From NCBI RefSeq assembly GCF_001194135.2, contig NC_068997.1, positions 22,525,210 through 22,589,209 of the forward strand: DNA of 64,000 nt. Reading direction: 5' to 3'. Source of the stretch: Octopus bimaculoides. Taxonomy: Eukaryota. The notes under the pieces are model-generated. The model had not been told where the DNA came from and did not search any database. It worked only from the letters and a program-made list of their open reading frames with translations. Shown here piece after piece: positions 39,058 through 53,613 of the stretch. The stretch's first letter is position 1. Every line of letters begins with the position of its first letter. The position numbers and the translations under genes were made by a program.

Positions 39058-40418
39058 GCACTCTTGTACGTACGCATGCGCGCACGAACGTAAGTAGCAA
39101 CGCACATACACACACACGCGAACAGACACACACGCGAACAGACACACACACAAACATGGAAAATGTAAGAAAATAACCGATTAATCACGAGAGAATTTAT
39201 ATTGTGTCTAGTTATTTCCAAAGAAATTAAGAATCTAAATACATATATATATTTATATGCATATGTACGTGTACATATGTATTTATATATGCACACAAAT
39301 TATTTTGCATCTATACAAACGTATATGTATATACATATATAAATATATGCATATACATATAAATATATGTATAAACGTATATGTTTATACACAAGTATGC
39401 TTATATATATATATATATATTTGCGCGCCTGATTTTAGCAGGAAACAAATTTTTATTCCTTATATCATTTATATATTTCTCTATGTAATGTAAATGTATG
39501 TAACGAGGAGAATAAATAGCCAACATGTCATCATTATATACAACTCGTTGATATATGAAGTAAATTTGCTGTTGATTTATATTACGCGCCACCAACATCA
39601 CCAGCAAAATCATGATGCCTCCTCCTTTCTTTCATTCTTTTTTTTTTTCCTCCAATTCATATTATTAGCAATTTTCATTCTGAACGATGTATGCAACTGT
39701 CGACGAAAGTTGCCTCGTCTTCGGCCGAAAGATATTTCGGTGATAATTAGATAATTTAATATATTGTTTTTACTAAAAGAAGTAAGTCTGTATGATCAAC
39801 CCGCGAGAAACAGTACACAAATCTCCCTCAATTCACAATCGTTTTTTTTTTTGTTCAAGAAATGATGCCTTTGACCATGTCTTCTGGGTATAACGAACTT
39901 TATGAAAAGTAACTGAAGTCAAAGAAGCTTGGATTCTTAAGGCTGAAAAGTTTTTGAATTACAGGTGCATTTCATCTTACGGCGTGTAATCAGTTTAAGT
40001 ACAGCTAACTTCACTTCCGAAATATTGTTCCTCACGAGAAATTAGCAAATGAATCGTGCCCATGCTAACCATGTATTAGATTCGAAACCTGGACATATAT
40101 ATATATATATATTTCGTTTTGGGATTTGTTTGCAAGATTCTTTATGTGAATTCATGTATTGAAGCACATTTTGTTGTGCCTGGGAAAGACCCATTATCTT
40201 TTACTGCCTTATTATTTAACAAACTCACCGGTTCAGTTCCTCTCATTTATTACATAACTCACCCGTTCAGTTTCCACTAATTTCCGCCCCGACATCCGAA
40301 ACTCGGAGTTTTATTATGGCAACCCAATAATTGTCACATATTATATTACAGATAAATTCCTCTATTTGCATCATATCGAGGTCTCATTCATTCTTTTCTT
40401 ATTATACCATTACTATTA

Positions 40419-40766
40419 ATATATGTATATAAGTATGTATGTATGTTTCTATGTATATGTATATTAGACAAACGAAAGGAAAGTGCTCACAGCNNNNNNN
40501 NNNTAAAAAAAACAATAACAAAAAAACAAAAAAACAACAAAGTGAGGACGTGATATGGATAGTATTATTGGACGCTCAGGAAAGGAAAGAGAGAGTGTAT
40601 GACGTTTCGGGCGTAGCCCTTCGTCGGAAAGATGGAAAGTTCGGAGAATGGAAGAACGGAGAAAGAGGAAAATGGTACCGAAGCCCACGAGATATATGTA
40701 TATAAGTATGTATGTATGTTTCTATGTATATGTATATTAGACAAACGAAAGGAAAGTGCTCACAGC
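40419..40766. repeat. Identical 75-bp direct repeats (40419-40493 and 40692-40766) flanking a 10-N gap and a ~190-bp insert
   Basis: Both copies read ATATATGTATATAAGTATGTATGTATGTTTCTATGTATATGTATATTAGACAAACGAAAGGAAAGTGCTCACAGC. Confidence 0.95.
40504..40691 (-). mobile_element. Penelope-like element terminal fragment with a hammerhead-core-like motif
   Basis: Minus strand reads CCGACGA-AGGGCTACGCCC-GAAAC-GTC (40601-40627), followed by a pyrimidine/T-rich 3' end. Confidence 0.5.
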
Positions 40767-42014
40767 ATGTTTAGTGACTGATACAAGTCTTATTTAATTG
40801 AGTTTCACTAGGTTCGCAGGCATCTAACAGAGTTCCAGATCTTTTATGCTATAGAGTACCGAAGTAGATTCGGTAGTCAGTAAGAAGCAAGAGGGATTAA
40901 AAAGTCCAGGCAGCTATCTATAAAGCACTCTGTGTGAAAAAAATTTGGTTATATTTATACATTCAGACACATACGCAACTTGTGTGTGTTTGTGTGTGTG
41001 TTTTCGTGTCTGTGTCTGCGTCTGTGTGTGCATGCGTGCGTGCGTAACTATATAATACGTATGGTATAAACTGTAAACACGCATTTAAATCTTCTTCAAT
41101 TAATTTTCAAATAAACATTAATAGATGTTGTAAAATTAATATATCGCCAGTTAAGTTGTTAATATATCTATAATGTGGAATTAAGACGAGACTCAACGCT
41201 TTCGGGGCTGGGAATCGGAGATGGATTTTAATTGCCCGCCGCTTCGCAATTCATAAACTTATTGAAAATATGACACATACACACATACACACAGACACAC
41301 ACAAGCACAAGCACTCATACACATACATACATACATACATACATACATACCTGTATGTATGTATGTAATAGTTACATGTATGTGTGTGCTCGCGCGTGTA
41401 CATATATATATATATATATATATAAAGAGAGAGAGAGAGAGAGAGAGAAATAGGGAGAGCGATTAATCGAGGGATAAGTATTCATACATATATATTTAAA
41501 CACACACATATATAGGTACACAGATACATACATACATACATACATACGTGTCTCTGTGCACAAGTATGCTTGTATATATGTATACATACACACATAAATA
41601 CATTGTTCTTATGAATCTTTAATCAAAAGTAAAACCCTTTTCTCAATGAATATTAATCATAAATCATTTTCTATTCTGAATATTTTATATGGAATCTATA
41701 AGAAGAAATTAAGACTAATTTAAATTGAAGACACAATATATATTCTTACAGCTATATATTCGCATCAATTTACTCGCTAGATATATTGGTCTCTTTGTGA
41801 AAAACCCAAATGTCGATTCCCATGAAACAAATATCGCAATACGAATAATCATCTAGTATCTCTTGTAGCTTCTTAATGTGCTTATTCATTATATTGGAGT
41901 AATGAAAATAGTAATCAAGTGTCTCGAACATCAATCAATTGTACGTCAGTACAGCCTTAGAACAAGGTAAGACTCATATAATGTAAACTTCATAATAATA
42001 ATAATAATAATAAT

Positions 42015-42540
42015 AATCTTTTCTACGGTCTTGAAATTTTGGGGAAGGGGGTCTAGTCGATTACATCGATCCCAGCACTTGTCTTGTACTTATTTCACCG
42101 GCCACGAAAAGTTGAAAGGCAAAGTCGACCTCGGCGGAATTTGAACTCAGAATGTGCTGACGATTCTGCCAGCTCGCCGTCTGGCCGCCTTCTATGATAA
42201 TAATAATTCTTTCTACTATAGTTACACGACCAGAAATATGGGGGAGGGGGATTGTTGGTCTTATCGAACCCAGTGATCCACTGGTACTGTATTCACTGGT
42301 ACATATTTTATCGATCCTAAAAGGATGAAATGCAGTCGACCTCGACGGAATTTAAACTGAAATAGTTTCAAATTTTGACACAAGGGCAGAAAGCTCGGGA
42401 CGGAGAGTGGGTAAATCGATTACATCGACCTCAATGGTTAACTGGTACTTATGACACTTGCACACCGTGTCATGCTGTGGGACTGAACCCGGAACTGTGT
42501 GGTTGGGAAGCAAGCTTCTTACAACACCCCCACTCCTATA
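42015..42540 (-). mobile_element. Three tandem SINE family B copies/fragments followed by a family A head
   Basis: Family B segments at ~42015-42200, 42205-42360 and 42365-42450. Family A head GTGGGACTGAACCCGGAAC at ~42478. Confidence 0.8.
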
Positions 42541-44585
42541 TGTTTATACGTATACATACACACGACCATAAGTACATACATCCACTCATGCGTGAAGTGG
42601 AAGTTTCTCTTCATCCAGTTCATGTATAGGTGGATGAAGACTCAGTAATTGCACGTGTGGTACTTTTTCTATCATTCCCTTTTCGTGAACCGCTAAGTTA
42701 CAGTGATATAAATAATCTAACATCGGTGGATATACCGTGGTGGGGACAATGACAGATCCCAAGATGCACACACATCCATACATTGTCTATCTGTATGTTT
42801 TGTCCCTTTCTTGTATCACCTAACTCTCTGGATGTTTTGCGTCCTTGTCCCATTCTGTATTATACATGCATACAGACAGACAGACATGCATACGTACACT
42901 CTCTTACATACACGACGAGTTACCACAAGGTTTTCCTTTATGAATTTCACCGACAAACCACTGGTCGGCTCATAGCACTATTAGTAATCAAAATCCAAGG
43001 TACCATGATGTGGGATTGAACCAACAGATATGTGGTTGCAAAGCGAGCTATTTCGCCTCACAGCTATGCCTGCATTTATGTAAAGAAATAGTGTCGAGGA
43101 ATACTTAATTATCAACCAGTCAACCAAAGTATAAGTTATTTCTATCCTATCCGGATTATATTAAAATCCACAGAAATATGAGTGACGTTTATATTATAGG
43201 TTGTCGTCGTAATAATCTCAGCATTTTCCATGGTCATCCATTTGAAACCACGGCGTTACCATAGTCGCAGTGGTTGTCGTCTTTTTCGATATTATCGAAT
43301 TTGTTGAAGTTGTTATTGCAGTTAATGTTGTTGTTTTTGTTATTGTATAGCCATAATAAGTCTCTGATCGAGAATTCATATAAACAAAAAAAAAAAAGCC
43401 CTCCAACGTATTTATGGTATCAGTGACTACATATTAACTAACATACAATCTTTTACTTGTTTCAGGGCTTAGCTGAAAACATCGGCCCCCAACACTAATA
43501 CTTTTTCTAAGCCTTGTATTTATTCTACCAACATATTTTAGCCGAACTGCTAAACTTTCGGGGACGTGAGCAAACCAACGCCAACTGTCTATTTCTTTAA
43601 AGCTCGCAGGTTATAATTTAAAGAAGGTTTTGCTGCTATAGTTTCTAGCTGATTATGTTACCATGTAGAAGCTCGCTAAGATATCTTGTACCGACTCTGT
43701 TTAAAATTCTCTATTCTTCTCATTTCACTGCTAAATTTATTTCCATATTTATTTGATACTACTATTAATTTTTTTTTGTTGTTGTTAATTACATTTCTTT
43801 GTTATTTCGTTATCTCACTGTCATCATCTTTCTAATTCCCTATTCTGTTTCTTACTATCTCCACCATCGTCAGCAGCAACATCATCAACAATGAGGTCAT
43901 CGTCGTGGTCATCCTCATCATCATCATCATCATCGTCGTCGTCGTCGTCGTCGTCATCCTCCTCCTCCTCCTCATCATCATTATCATCATCATCGACAAC
44001 TTTGATAAAGATAAACTCAGTGATGTGCATCGTTGCTGCGTTGTTGTTCATAATTCGTCATCTTTCTACATCTTTTTCAATAACATCAACAGCATCTTAA
44101 TGATAATAATAAGAATGATGATGATGATGATGGAGAAAGCGGTGGTAGCGTTGGCAGCGACGTTGGTGGTAGTAGTGGTGGTATGGGGGCTACGGTGATG
44201 GTGGTGATTGTGATGATAACGATGACAATGACGACGTTTATGACGATGATAATGATGACAAAGGTGATGATGGTGATGGTGATGATGATGAAGATGACGA
44301 CAACGACGACGACCATCACGAATATGATGACTATCGCTGACATCGCCGGCATCATCGACATTCTGTTACTGTGTAACCCCACCACTACCATGACCACCTC
44401 CACCACCATCACCCCTTCCACCACCATCACCACCTCCACCACCACCACCACCACGCCACTCTCGCATGTTAATGTAGCAATCTTTCAAGCACAATATCTG
44501 TGTTGTCAGTTTTATGAAGCCGGTGATATTGGTACCTCACACCGCCACCCCAATTTACACACACTCACGAACACACACACATACA

Positions 44586-44616
<31 letters not shown>

Positions 44617-45000
44617 TACACACGCACACATGTACGAGTCAACTAAAAATGCTCTTGGCGTAACATGCAAGAGTCCCACAGCTCACAGCATCTTACAATT
44701 GAAAGTGTAAATCGGGTAATGCACTTATATATAATGATAAAAGACAGGATGGTCAAAGATGGACTGGCTTTAAATATATAAATTCTCTTTATTCAAAGCT
44801 TACGTAGGGTCAGACTACAACGGAAACTCATTGGAGTATATATTATTATTAGTCACAACACTTTACTCAAAACAAATTCCCGCTTAGGAACGTTTTTGAC
44901 TCTTCCTAAGTTTACACGTGCTTAATGAGCTTAGGAAGAGACCTTTGTCACGTGTTGATTTCTATTACATACACGGACACTTATACACACACACATATAT

Positions 45001-45038
<38 letters not shown>

Positions 45039-45268
45039 ACACACACAACCACGCGCACACACACTCATACACGTATATATATAGACTTATCAATCTTCTC
45101 CATAGTCTTTTCTCCAAAGATGTTCGCTTCAGCTTTCCTTTCGAATTCTAAGCGACTGTTGTGTATTGTTCTGCACATCTATCACTAAATATAATATTTA
45201 TTACATTTTCAATGAATTCTGACAGTTTTTTTTTTTCTCGAAATTATCACCAGAAGAAAGAACTTCAC

Positions 45269-45312
<44 letters not shown>

Positions 45313-46881
45313 ACACACACAAACACACTCACACACACTACACACACGAAGTAATTACACCACGCACAGTAAGGGAGACCTTCGGTAACTAGTCAGTTTC
45401 GCTTCATCAAATTGAGATTTCTCTTCCTCACCCTTTATCTTAACGAACACATCTCTGTTCCTCTCACCTTCTGGTCTGTATCTTTTCCTTGTCATATTCA
45501 TTTGCATGTGTGTGTCTGTGTGTGTGTGTGTGTGTGTGTGTCTGTGTGTGTGTGCGTGTGCGTGTGCCTGTAATTTAAGTTTATTTCTAATCATTTCTTT
45601 TTACTTTTTCTGACAATTTACACATTTTTTATTATTTTTATTTCCTACTTCGAACAATCTTCCCAAATTTTTATCATTTTACTTGTTTGTGTCTTAGTTA
45701 ATTTATTTATTTACTTATTTATTATTTCAATTTTACGTTTTCACCATAAGCCCCACCCCCGCCTTCACCGCTTCCTGCCTATCTTAAACACTCTCTGACT
45801 CGCTAACTCATTCTTTCTTCATTCCTTCCAATCTCAAACACTCTTTGTCCATTCTATCACACCATAGTATGTCTGTTTTTCCATTTCTTACTTCCTTTCT
45901 TTTGTCTTTCTCTCTTACTACCCTGTCTATCTTTCTTTTTCTCCTTTCCTCCTCCCCCGTTCCTTTCATACTTCCTCTTCTTCCTATCTGAAACTATCAT
46001 CCGTTTTTCTCGCAGATGCAGGTCATTGGCTGCAATGCTGTATCTTCTGACGCCATTTTGCTTCAGAAGAAATTTATGAACAGACAGTGATTCGGGGACG
46101 CAGGTGGAGCGTGGAAGGTGTAGAGATACAGGCTGGAGGAGGTGTATAGTAAAGGAGAGAAAGATAACTCTATATACCTATCCCTTCCCCGCTTACACTT
46201 ATTAATGAACTGTCATAGAAATAAAGTATATTACTCGACATTATAGCAATTTCACTTTTTCCCATTATAAAAACGAACATGCATCTTAGAGTAATCAGAC
46301 ATATTCAAAATGGCTACTAGATGCATAGTAACTTCTTTGTTTTTATTTTCCTTGCGTTTTTTTATTATTATTTTTTTATTTTGACTTTCAGAAATTTATC
46401 TAAACGGGAGAAAAAGCCGATTTTCTAGGTCTTTCCTTGCAGTGTTTATAAGAAGTACGTTTACTCTTAGGTTTTTCTATGCGTGTGGCATTCTTCTGTT
46501 ACTGTTCGTGATATGATAACGTTTTCTAAGTCGGTTATTGTAAAGATACAACTCTAAAACAACGTCTCGTTTCAACTACTTGTAAATTACCTGCTATAAA
46601 GTGGCTTTGCAACTAGGTACTTTCGGGTTCGTACCACTGCACGGCATGTTTTCTTCTATATCCCTAGACTTGTAAGTGAATTTGGTAGAAAAGAAGTTTA
46701 TATGGCAGCCCGTTGTGCATGAATAAATAAATAAATATATATATGTGTGTGGAGAGAGAGAGAGAGATGTGCATATGTGCACGTAAATATGTGTATGGGC
46801 ATATATATAGATATATACACGTCTGTGTGAGTGTGTACGTATGTAGATTTTACGAACGCAGAAGGTTTCTATGTATTGTAA

Positions 46882-47262
46882 GAATGTGGTAGCGAGTGTT
46901 TTTTATAACACGGTCTTAGGATCGCGGTTTCGATTTCCAGACCGCGTGTTGTGAGTGTTTATTGAGCGAAAACACCTAAAGCCCCACGAGGTTCCGGCAG
47001 GGGATGGTGGCGAACCCTGCTGTACCCTTCCACCACAACTTGCTCTCACTCTTACTTTCTGTTTCTGTCGTGCTTGTAATTCAAAGGGTCAGCCTTGTCA
47101 CACTGTGTCACGCTGAATATCACCTAGAACTACGTTAAGGGTACACGTGTCTGTGGAGTGCTCAGCCACTTGCACGTTAATTTCACGAGCAGGCTGTTCC
47201 GTTGATCGGATCAACTGGAACCCTCGACGTCGTAAGCGACGGAGTGCCAACAACAACAACAA
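46882..47262 (+). mobile_element. SINE family C, full length (tRNA head, V-domain-like segment, (CAA)n tail)
   Basis: A-box-like TGGTAGCGAGTG, B-box-like GGTTTCGATTTCC, then GTGTTTATTGAGCGAAAACACCT. 3' end GTCGTAAGCGACGGAGTGC(CAA)n. Related heads at ~8945-9030 and 60780-60905. Confidence 0.75.
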
Positions 47263-47583
47263 TGATTCCTGAAAACATTTGTAAGATATATTTGGTATAA
47301 CATCATTGATGTATGTTCCAATGATATGATAGGTGATTGGATGGTGCGTAAGTAGCTTTTTTTTTACGGTTACAAAACATAATCGGAGTGATAAGATCCC
47401 TTATCTTTTAGGTTACATTTCAAGAAAAGGGAATTCCTTAAATAGCCAAACTGACAGGACAAAATTACTTCCTTGTACGTGTACGTGTGTGGTATACGCA
47501 AGTGAGTTGTCTATGGATCGTTTTTTATTTAATTTTATCAGTAATGTGTGTGTATGTATATTTGTGCGTGTTTGCGCGTGCGC

Positions 47584-47660
47584 ATGACGGAGAGGAGGAG
47601 GAGGAGGAGGAGAAGAAGAAGAAGAAGAAGAAGAAGAAGAAGAAGAAGAAGAAGAAGAAG

Positions 47661-47690
<30 letters not shown>
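47584..47690. repeat. (GAG)n-(GAA)n microsatellite
   Basis: Directly visible. Source of the poly-K/F ORFs. Confidence 0.95.
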
Positions 47691-47693
<3 letters not shown>

Positions 47694-48375
47694 CAAATAT
47701 ACCTTTTGAAAAGAATTCTTATCAACACGAGATCTTCGCGTACATATTGCACATTGAAGCAGCGATTTTAATCTGTTGGTATATATTTATTTCTGTGTTG
47801 TTCTGACTTAAATGCGAGATAGAACCATTCCATAGAAACATATCCTTATTCTGAAATACCTTAATACTTAAATTTGCAATATGCTGTATTAGCGATCAAA
47901 TCCAAGGAATCCACCCCTTGGCAGACATGTTAAACGAAATCTTCTTTTTGCAGTTGTAGGTACTTATGCTACAATAAATGTTATTTTTGCAACGAAGGAC
48001 TGTCCCAACGAAAGGACTTAAACTGGTCATAAACTAGTCGCACAGATTTCGGAAATGAGTAATACAAGTGTCAGTGTGAAGAGCATCATTGATTATGCCG
48101 TCCCCTTAGCAAGTAAACCAACCACTGTTTAACGCACTTTGGATTTTGCTGTAACTTCTCGAGCCCTTCTAATTAATAAACCTGAAAGCGGTAGCAGAAA
48201 TAAAATAATTACAAATTTAACAGAATCTAAGGTCTTAGATTCTGCTCTGTTTTCCCTACAATATATCACTGCTAATCATAAATAACACCAACAGTGAAAT
48301 GTCCAACTTGTAGTTACGTGATGTCTCCAAGTGAGACTTGGATCAGCTCGTTTAAAACAAAGTAACAATAATGCT

Positions 48376-48597
<222 letters not shown>

Positions 48598-48821
48598 CAC
48601 CCTTTGTGCTCAAATTCCGCCAATATAATGATTGCCTTTTAGCATTTCGCTGTCGATGAAATAAAGTACAAGTCAAAGAAGTCGATGGCCTAAAAAATTC
48701 TTGATCTTCTGCATAACTTAGAAAATTTGAGCAATGGGCACGATGTAATTGTTGTATCCTTACCCCACCACCGAAATTTCTGTTTAGTATTTTAAAATTC
48801 TTAAAGGCGGTGAGCTGATAG

Positions 48822-49015
48822 AATCGCTAGCACGTCAGGCAACGTTCTTAGCACCATTTTGTCCGTCTGTACGTTCTGAGTTCAAATTCCGTGGAGGCTC
48901 ACTTTGCTTTGCATCCCTTCGGGGTCGATAAAATAAGTACCAATTGAACACCGGGGTCGATGTAATAGATTTACTCCATCCCTCGAAATTACTGTCAATG
49001 CGGCAAAATTTTAAA
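48822..49015 (+). mobile_element. SINE family B
   Basis: AAAGGCGGTGAGCTGATAGAATCGCTAGCACG...TACGTTCTGAGTTCAAATTCC...CTTCGGGGTCGATAAAATAAGTACC. Confidence 0.88.
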
Positions 49016-50254
49016 GCAGTATTTTAAAATTCTTACAACAAATAATAAATGTGTAAATGAAGTTAACTGTCTTTGTGTTTTGTTGAAACGCTAACATATG
49101 TCTTCCCTGCTGCAGTCGTTTAAAGCAGTAGTTAGTTATTAATATTACTGCTGCAATAATTAACAATAATGATATTGATAACGTCAAGCACTTTATAATC
49201 AAAATGCATAATCAAAATATATTTGAATCGGAAATCACTCGGAGACAATAAACAGTATAGTCAAATTTCTGAAATCTTTTTCTGATCACAGCAAGATAAT
49301 GTTTCGAACTCCTTTGATGGGAGTCGGTATGTCTGAAGATATATAGTGCAGGATTACTATAGAGATCGTTCACCCTATTACACAGACCGTAAAGAGAGGG
49401 CGCCACCGCCGAGCAGTTTGATCTTGCCGAACTGAATCTGTGACCCGCTTGTAATGGGTTCACAATAACATCATTAATTTCCGCTTTCAACACACGCAAA
49501 AAAGTATTTGGAATATGAGCAACCCACTCACTACCGCTCCTTTCGATGTTCAGCGTATTAATATCAACTTTATACCTCATGTTGCTGTTGTTGTTTTGTA
49601 TTTGTTAAACCCTGATAGAGCGAGCATTTCAGCCGTGACAATCCCATCATTGACTCGCACTGCGTAGTGCAACGAAGAATCATATTACCCAAAGTGTTGT
49701 CTCGTAAGACAAAGACAATAATATGTCATATTTTGAGAAAGATTTAGCAGTTTTTGTTTGCCTTTCTTTGCATGTTGAGCAGTATCATAGACGTTTCCTT
49801 CTGTGTGGGCAGTCACCCACCTTTGAGGGATTACCCGATGACAGGGATATGAAATTTTAATAAAAGTACGGCTATATGTTAGAGCAATATACGTGTATGT
49901 ATGTTTGCGTGTGTGTGTGTGTTTGTGTGTGTACATATATATTAACCACATAAATGTAGACATTTGTGTGTGCATTCAGGCAATCGTGCATGTATACTTT
50001 GTGTTCTAACACTAGCACTTACACAGACAACGTGCGTGTTGTGTTTATCAGTGCGTGTGCTACGAGGTGATTGGCAATGAAAAACAAAAATATGTGAGAG
50101 CCGAAGACAGAGACAGACAAAGTGTCCAAAGAAAATGTTAATTAAATGCGCCTGATTCAAAGAGAAGTTGACTGAAACAAGAATATATTCTTGTTTATAG
50201 TCGCCATTTTGTTCTTTTTCCAAGTGAAATTTTATTCTTGAAGGAGGTACAGGG

Positions 50255-50450
50255 CTAACACTTTGGAGGAGGGGAAAGTTAGTCGATTACATCAACCACA
50301 GTACTAAATGGTTACTTTTTTTTATCGATCAGGGAGGAATGGAGCGCAAGGTTAACCTCGGCAAGATTTGAAATTACAGCGTAAAGTGACGATAAACGAT
50401 GCTGCAATGCGTTTAATCCGACGCTCTAACGATTCTACAAGATCGTTGTG
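50255..50450 (-). mobile_element. SINE family B, diverged
   Basis: AGTCGATTACATCAACCACAGTAC...GGTTAACCTCGGCAAGATTTGAA. Confidence 0.7.
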
Positions 50451-50869
50451 TTACAGAATTATGAAAAATTGCATTGTCAAAGAAGTGTAGTAGGATCTCT
50501 AGACGAGAAGATGATATTGCCTCCAAGAAACATGATGTGAAGAGCACCAAAATATTTTCTACTCATATGCTTTTTAATACTAGCGGGAGAGAACCCTTAA
50601 CAGGTCTGAAAGAGGAAAGGAAATATTGGGTGCATGTGTGTGTGTGTGTGTGTGTTCGTGTATCTGTCCTGTCTAAGTTTGTACGTTCAGATGTAAGCGG
50701 GGTGGAGAGCTTTGTCGTGTTACAGCACAAAAGTGGTTAAATTAGCCATTCGATAAATAAATATCGCTAAAATACTTCATAACTGATATATCTTCTAAAC
50801 GATATGGAAGACTAAATATCCACTGACTTAACCCAGTAAAATTAAAAACATATAAGATTTTCCGCAAGT

Positions 50870-50929
<60 letters not shown>

Positions 50930-51457
50930 CTCTCATCAGCTATTTTCCTGTTTTTTTCTCTGTTATCCTATCTGTTGAGAATTTTATCTACTCTCTTCTC
51001 TTTAAACTTGCTCTGTTTTCTTTCTTCCTTCTCGCACAACCACCTCAATCTTTCCCTCTCACAAACAGTTTCTTTCTTTCCTTTTCCTTCCCTCTCTACC
51101 TCTCTATTTCTCTTTCTCTCACTCACTCTCTCTGTCTCTCTTTCTCTCTCTCTCTCTTGTTCGACCTTTGTTCATTTTTCTCTGTTTATCTTTTCTGTAT
51201 CACTCTTATAAAATATTCATACCCTCCCTATCACCACCACAACCACCACCACCACCACCACAACCACCAACCTACTCCTCCACACAATGTTGTAATTATA
51301 TTATTTTCTAATATTCTATCTTGTCCCCCAAAATTTAATTTCAGTATTTATTTATTGCATGAGTTTATTAAATTTTTGTAGCGGTGAGGGTGGGCAGGCG
51401 TATGACGGGAAAACAAAAGGTGACATTCCTAATTTTGGCTTAACTACCACTCCCACC

Positions 51458-51491
<34 letters not shown>

Positions 51492-51919
51492 TACTACAAC
51501 CACAGCTGCTGCTGCTGCTGCTGCTGCTGCTGTTTCTGCCGCCGCTGCTGCCGGTGCTACAGCGTTCTTGTTTTCTCTTGTAGTCACTCTTGTTCTTGAA
51601 ATTTCAGGAATCTCTTAATCTTTGTTATTACTTATCTTTTTCTTTTTTAAATAATAAGATTAATTTTCTCCACTATCACCCATAATGTCTTCCTTACAAT
51701 GACCATCATCACCATCATTATCATCCGCCACCACTTGTATTCTCCTTATTCTTGATTTCATAATTCGCACCGCCACTGCCCGTATTATCACTAAATGTAA
51801 TATTATCTTCATTTTATAATTTTTCGTTCTCTTTATAAATTTATATCTCAGGAATTTTATGTATCCGAATCAACGTTAAAAAAGAATTCAACTATATGGC
51901 ACTTGATGAAGGTGCTACG

Positions 51920-52230
51920 TAATGGCACCTTGCGCAAATGTCTTCTACTATAGCCTCGAACAGACTGAAGCCTTCATAGTGGATTTAGTAGACGGAAACT
52001 AAAAGAAACACACACGCACGCACACACACATTATACATATATACATATATACATATATATATATGTATGTATATACTCTTTTATTCTTTTACTTGTTTCA
52101 GGCATTTGACTGCGGACATGCTGGAGCACCGCCTTTAGTCGAGCAAATCGACCACAGTACTAATTTTTTGCAAGCCTAGTACTTATTCTATCGTTCTCTT
52201 TTGCCGAACCGCTAAGTTACAGGGACGTGA
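51920..52230. mobile_element. SINE family A 5' part (+, 51920-52010) and 3' part (-, 52075-52230) separated by a microsatellite
   Basis: TCTTCTACTATAGCCTCG...GGATTTAGTAGACGGAAACT on the plus strand. CTTTTACTTGTTTCAG...GCACCGCCTTTAGTCGAGCAAATCGAC is the reverse complement of 2455-2520. Confidence 0.8.
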
Positions 52231-52661
52231 AATAGGTGCTGAAGTTTGTGAAATCAGTGCTGACACAACAATGGAACTGGACACCACCCGTCTCCGTGAG
52301 AGGATACGAATGTATAGAGTTCCAGTATTATGTATTTTAACTTCGATTCAAACGCCCTCATACTATCGTGCTAAGCCAGAAAATAACTGCAGTGAATGAT
52401 ATTCAACAGTGAATCAACTGGCTAGAGAACACAAGTATTTGAAATTAGATAATAAGAGTAGAAATTAATATTATCAAATATTATTATTAAATAATATAAA
52501 TTTCCAGCAGTGGTCAGCATGCTTAAGAAACGTCCGAGGACCGTGAATTCTACTTAAATATTAACAATATGAGAGACCACTATGTGGATCCCTTGTATGC
52601 TAAAAATAGACGTCAAACCGTCTTACCACGAAATCTGTGTTCTCAAATTAGCAAGACGCTA

Positions 52662-52692
<31 letters not shown>

Positions 52693-53565
52693 TGTCTATG
52701 TATTACATGCACACGCAGTTTTCTGCATGGGTTAGTGTATGTTTCTGTAAAACCGGGGACTTCTTACATAGAGTAGGAAGACTTGCTAATTCAGATTAAA
52801 TAAAGTTATTCTACTTTCCCTTCTAGTATCGAGTACTTTTCGCCGTTACTTTTTATCCATCCCACATACAACCTGCTTGCATAGATCCATATATAGATAT
52901 GTATATAGAGAGAAAAATATAGATTGAGATAGAAAGATAGAGTGAGGAAAATGAAACCACAAAAGAGGGAGAGAGACGAAGTATTATTGTTAGGTACCAT
53001 TGAATCTCTACAAATTGCTGATCGAATACATACATATCTCAAGAAACCAGTTGGACATTTATTTGATTAAGAAGGGAAAGTTTTCGCTTTTTGCATTTTA
53101 TCTCGTATATATTAGACGAGAAATGCTATTTTAAACCAAGTTACACGGAATATTGACACCGAGAGAGGTTGTTCTAAATGATTCATGCTAGGTAAATTTC
53201 CCTTTAAAAGAATCCTACTTTTCTGGGTCATAAATTAATAGGCTCTTTTTATGAAAGGTTAATTAACTGGCTTAACCTCAATCACTAGATTCGGATCGAA
53301 TTCCACTGGCTTGTGAAACCGAATCCGAGGTATTGTATAACTTGATTTTATACTTTATTTTGAGGAAAAAGTAGCGGGGTGTGTTTGGCATGGTTTCAAC
53401 ATTCACTAGTTTGTGGTGAAATATAATAGAACGGCATGCGTGGTTTTTCTGTTATAATCTTGTTTCAAGATCTGATTTCGTTTTCAGGGTAATGCTTAGA
53501 AATTATTTGATCGAATCCGACAACATGAAAAGTTGAAATTGATTCTTTCGAGTCTTAGAGGGGGA

Positions 53566-53613
<48 letters not shown>

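Noticed and set aside
46017-46100. Long pyrimidine tract ending CGCAG|ATGCAG, with a YY1-like CGCCATTTT
   Set aside because: All three frames close within 25 codons, there is no convincing donor, and long CT-rich tracts are common here.
49212-49580. 122-aa minus-strand ORF, plus an adjacent open frame at 49685-49880
   Set aside because: No recognisable motif and no polypyrimidine acceptor. A few ORFs of this length are expected by chance in 64 kb over six frames.
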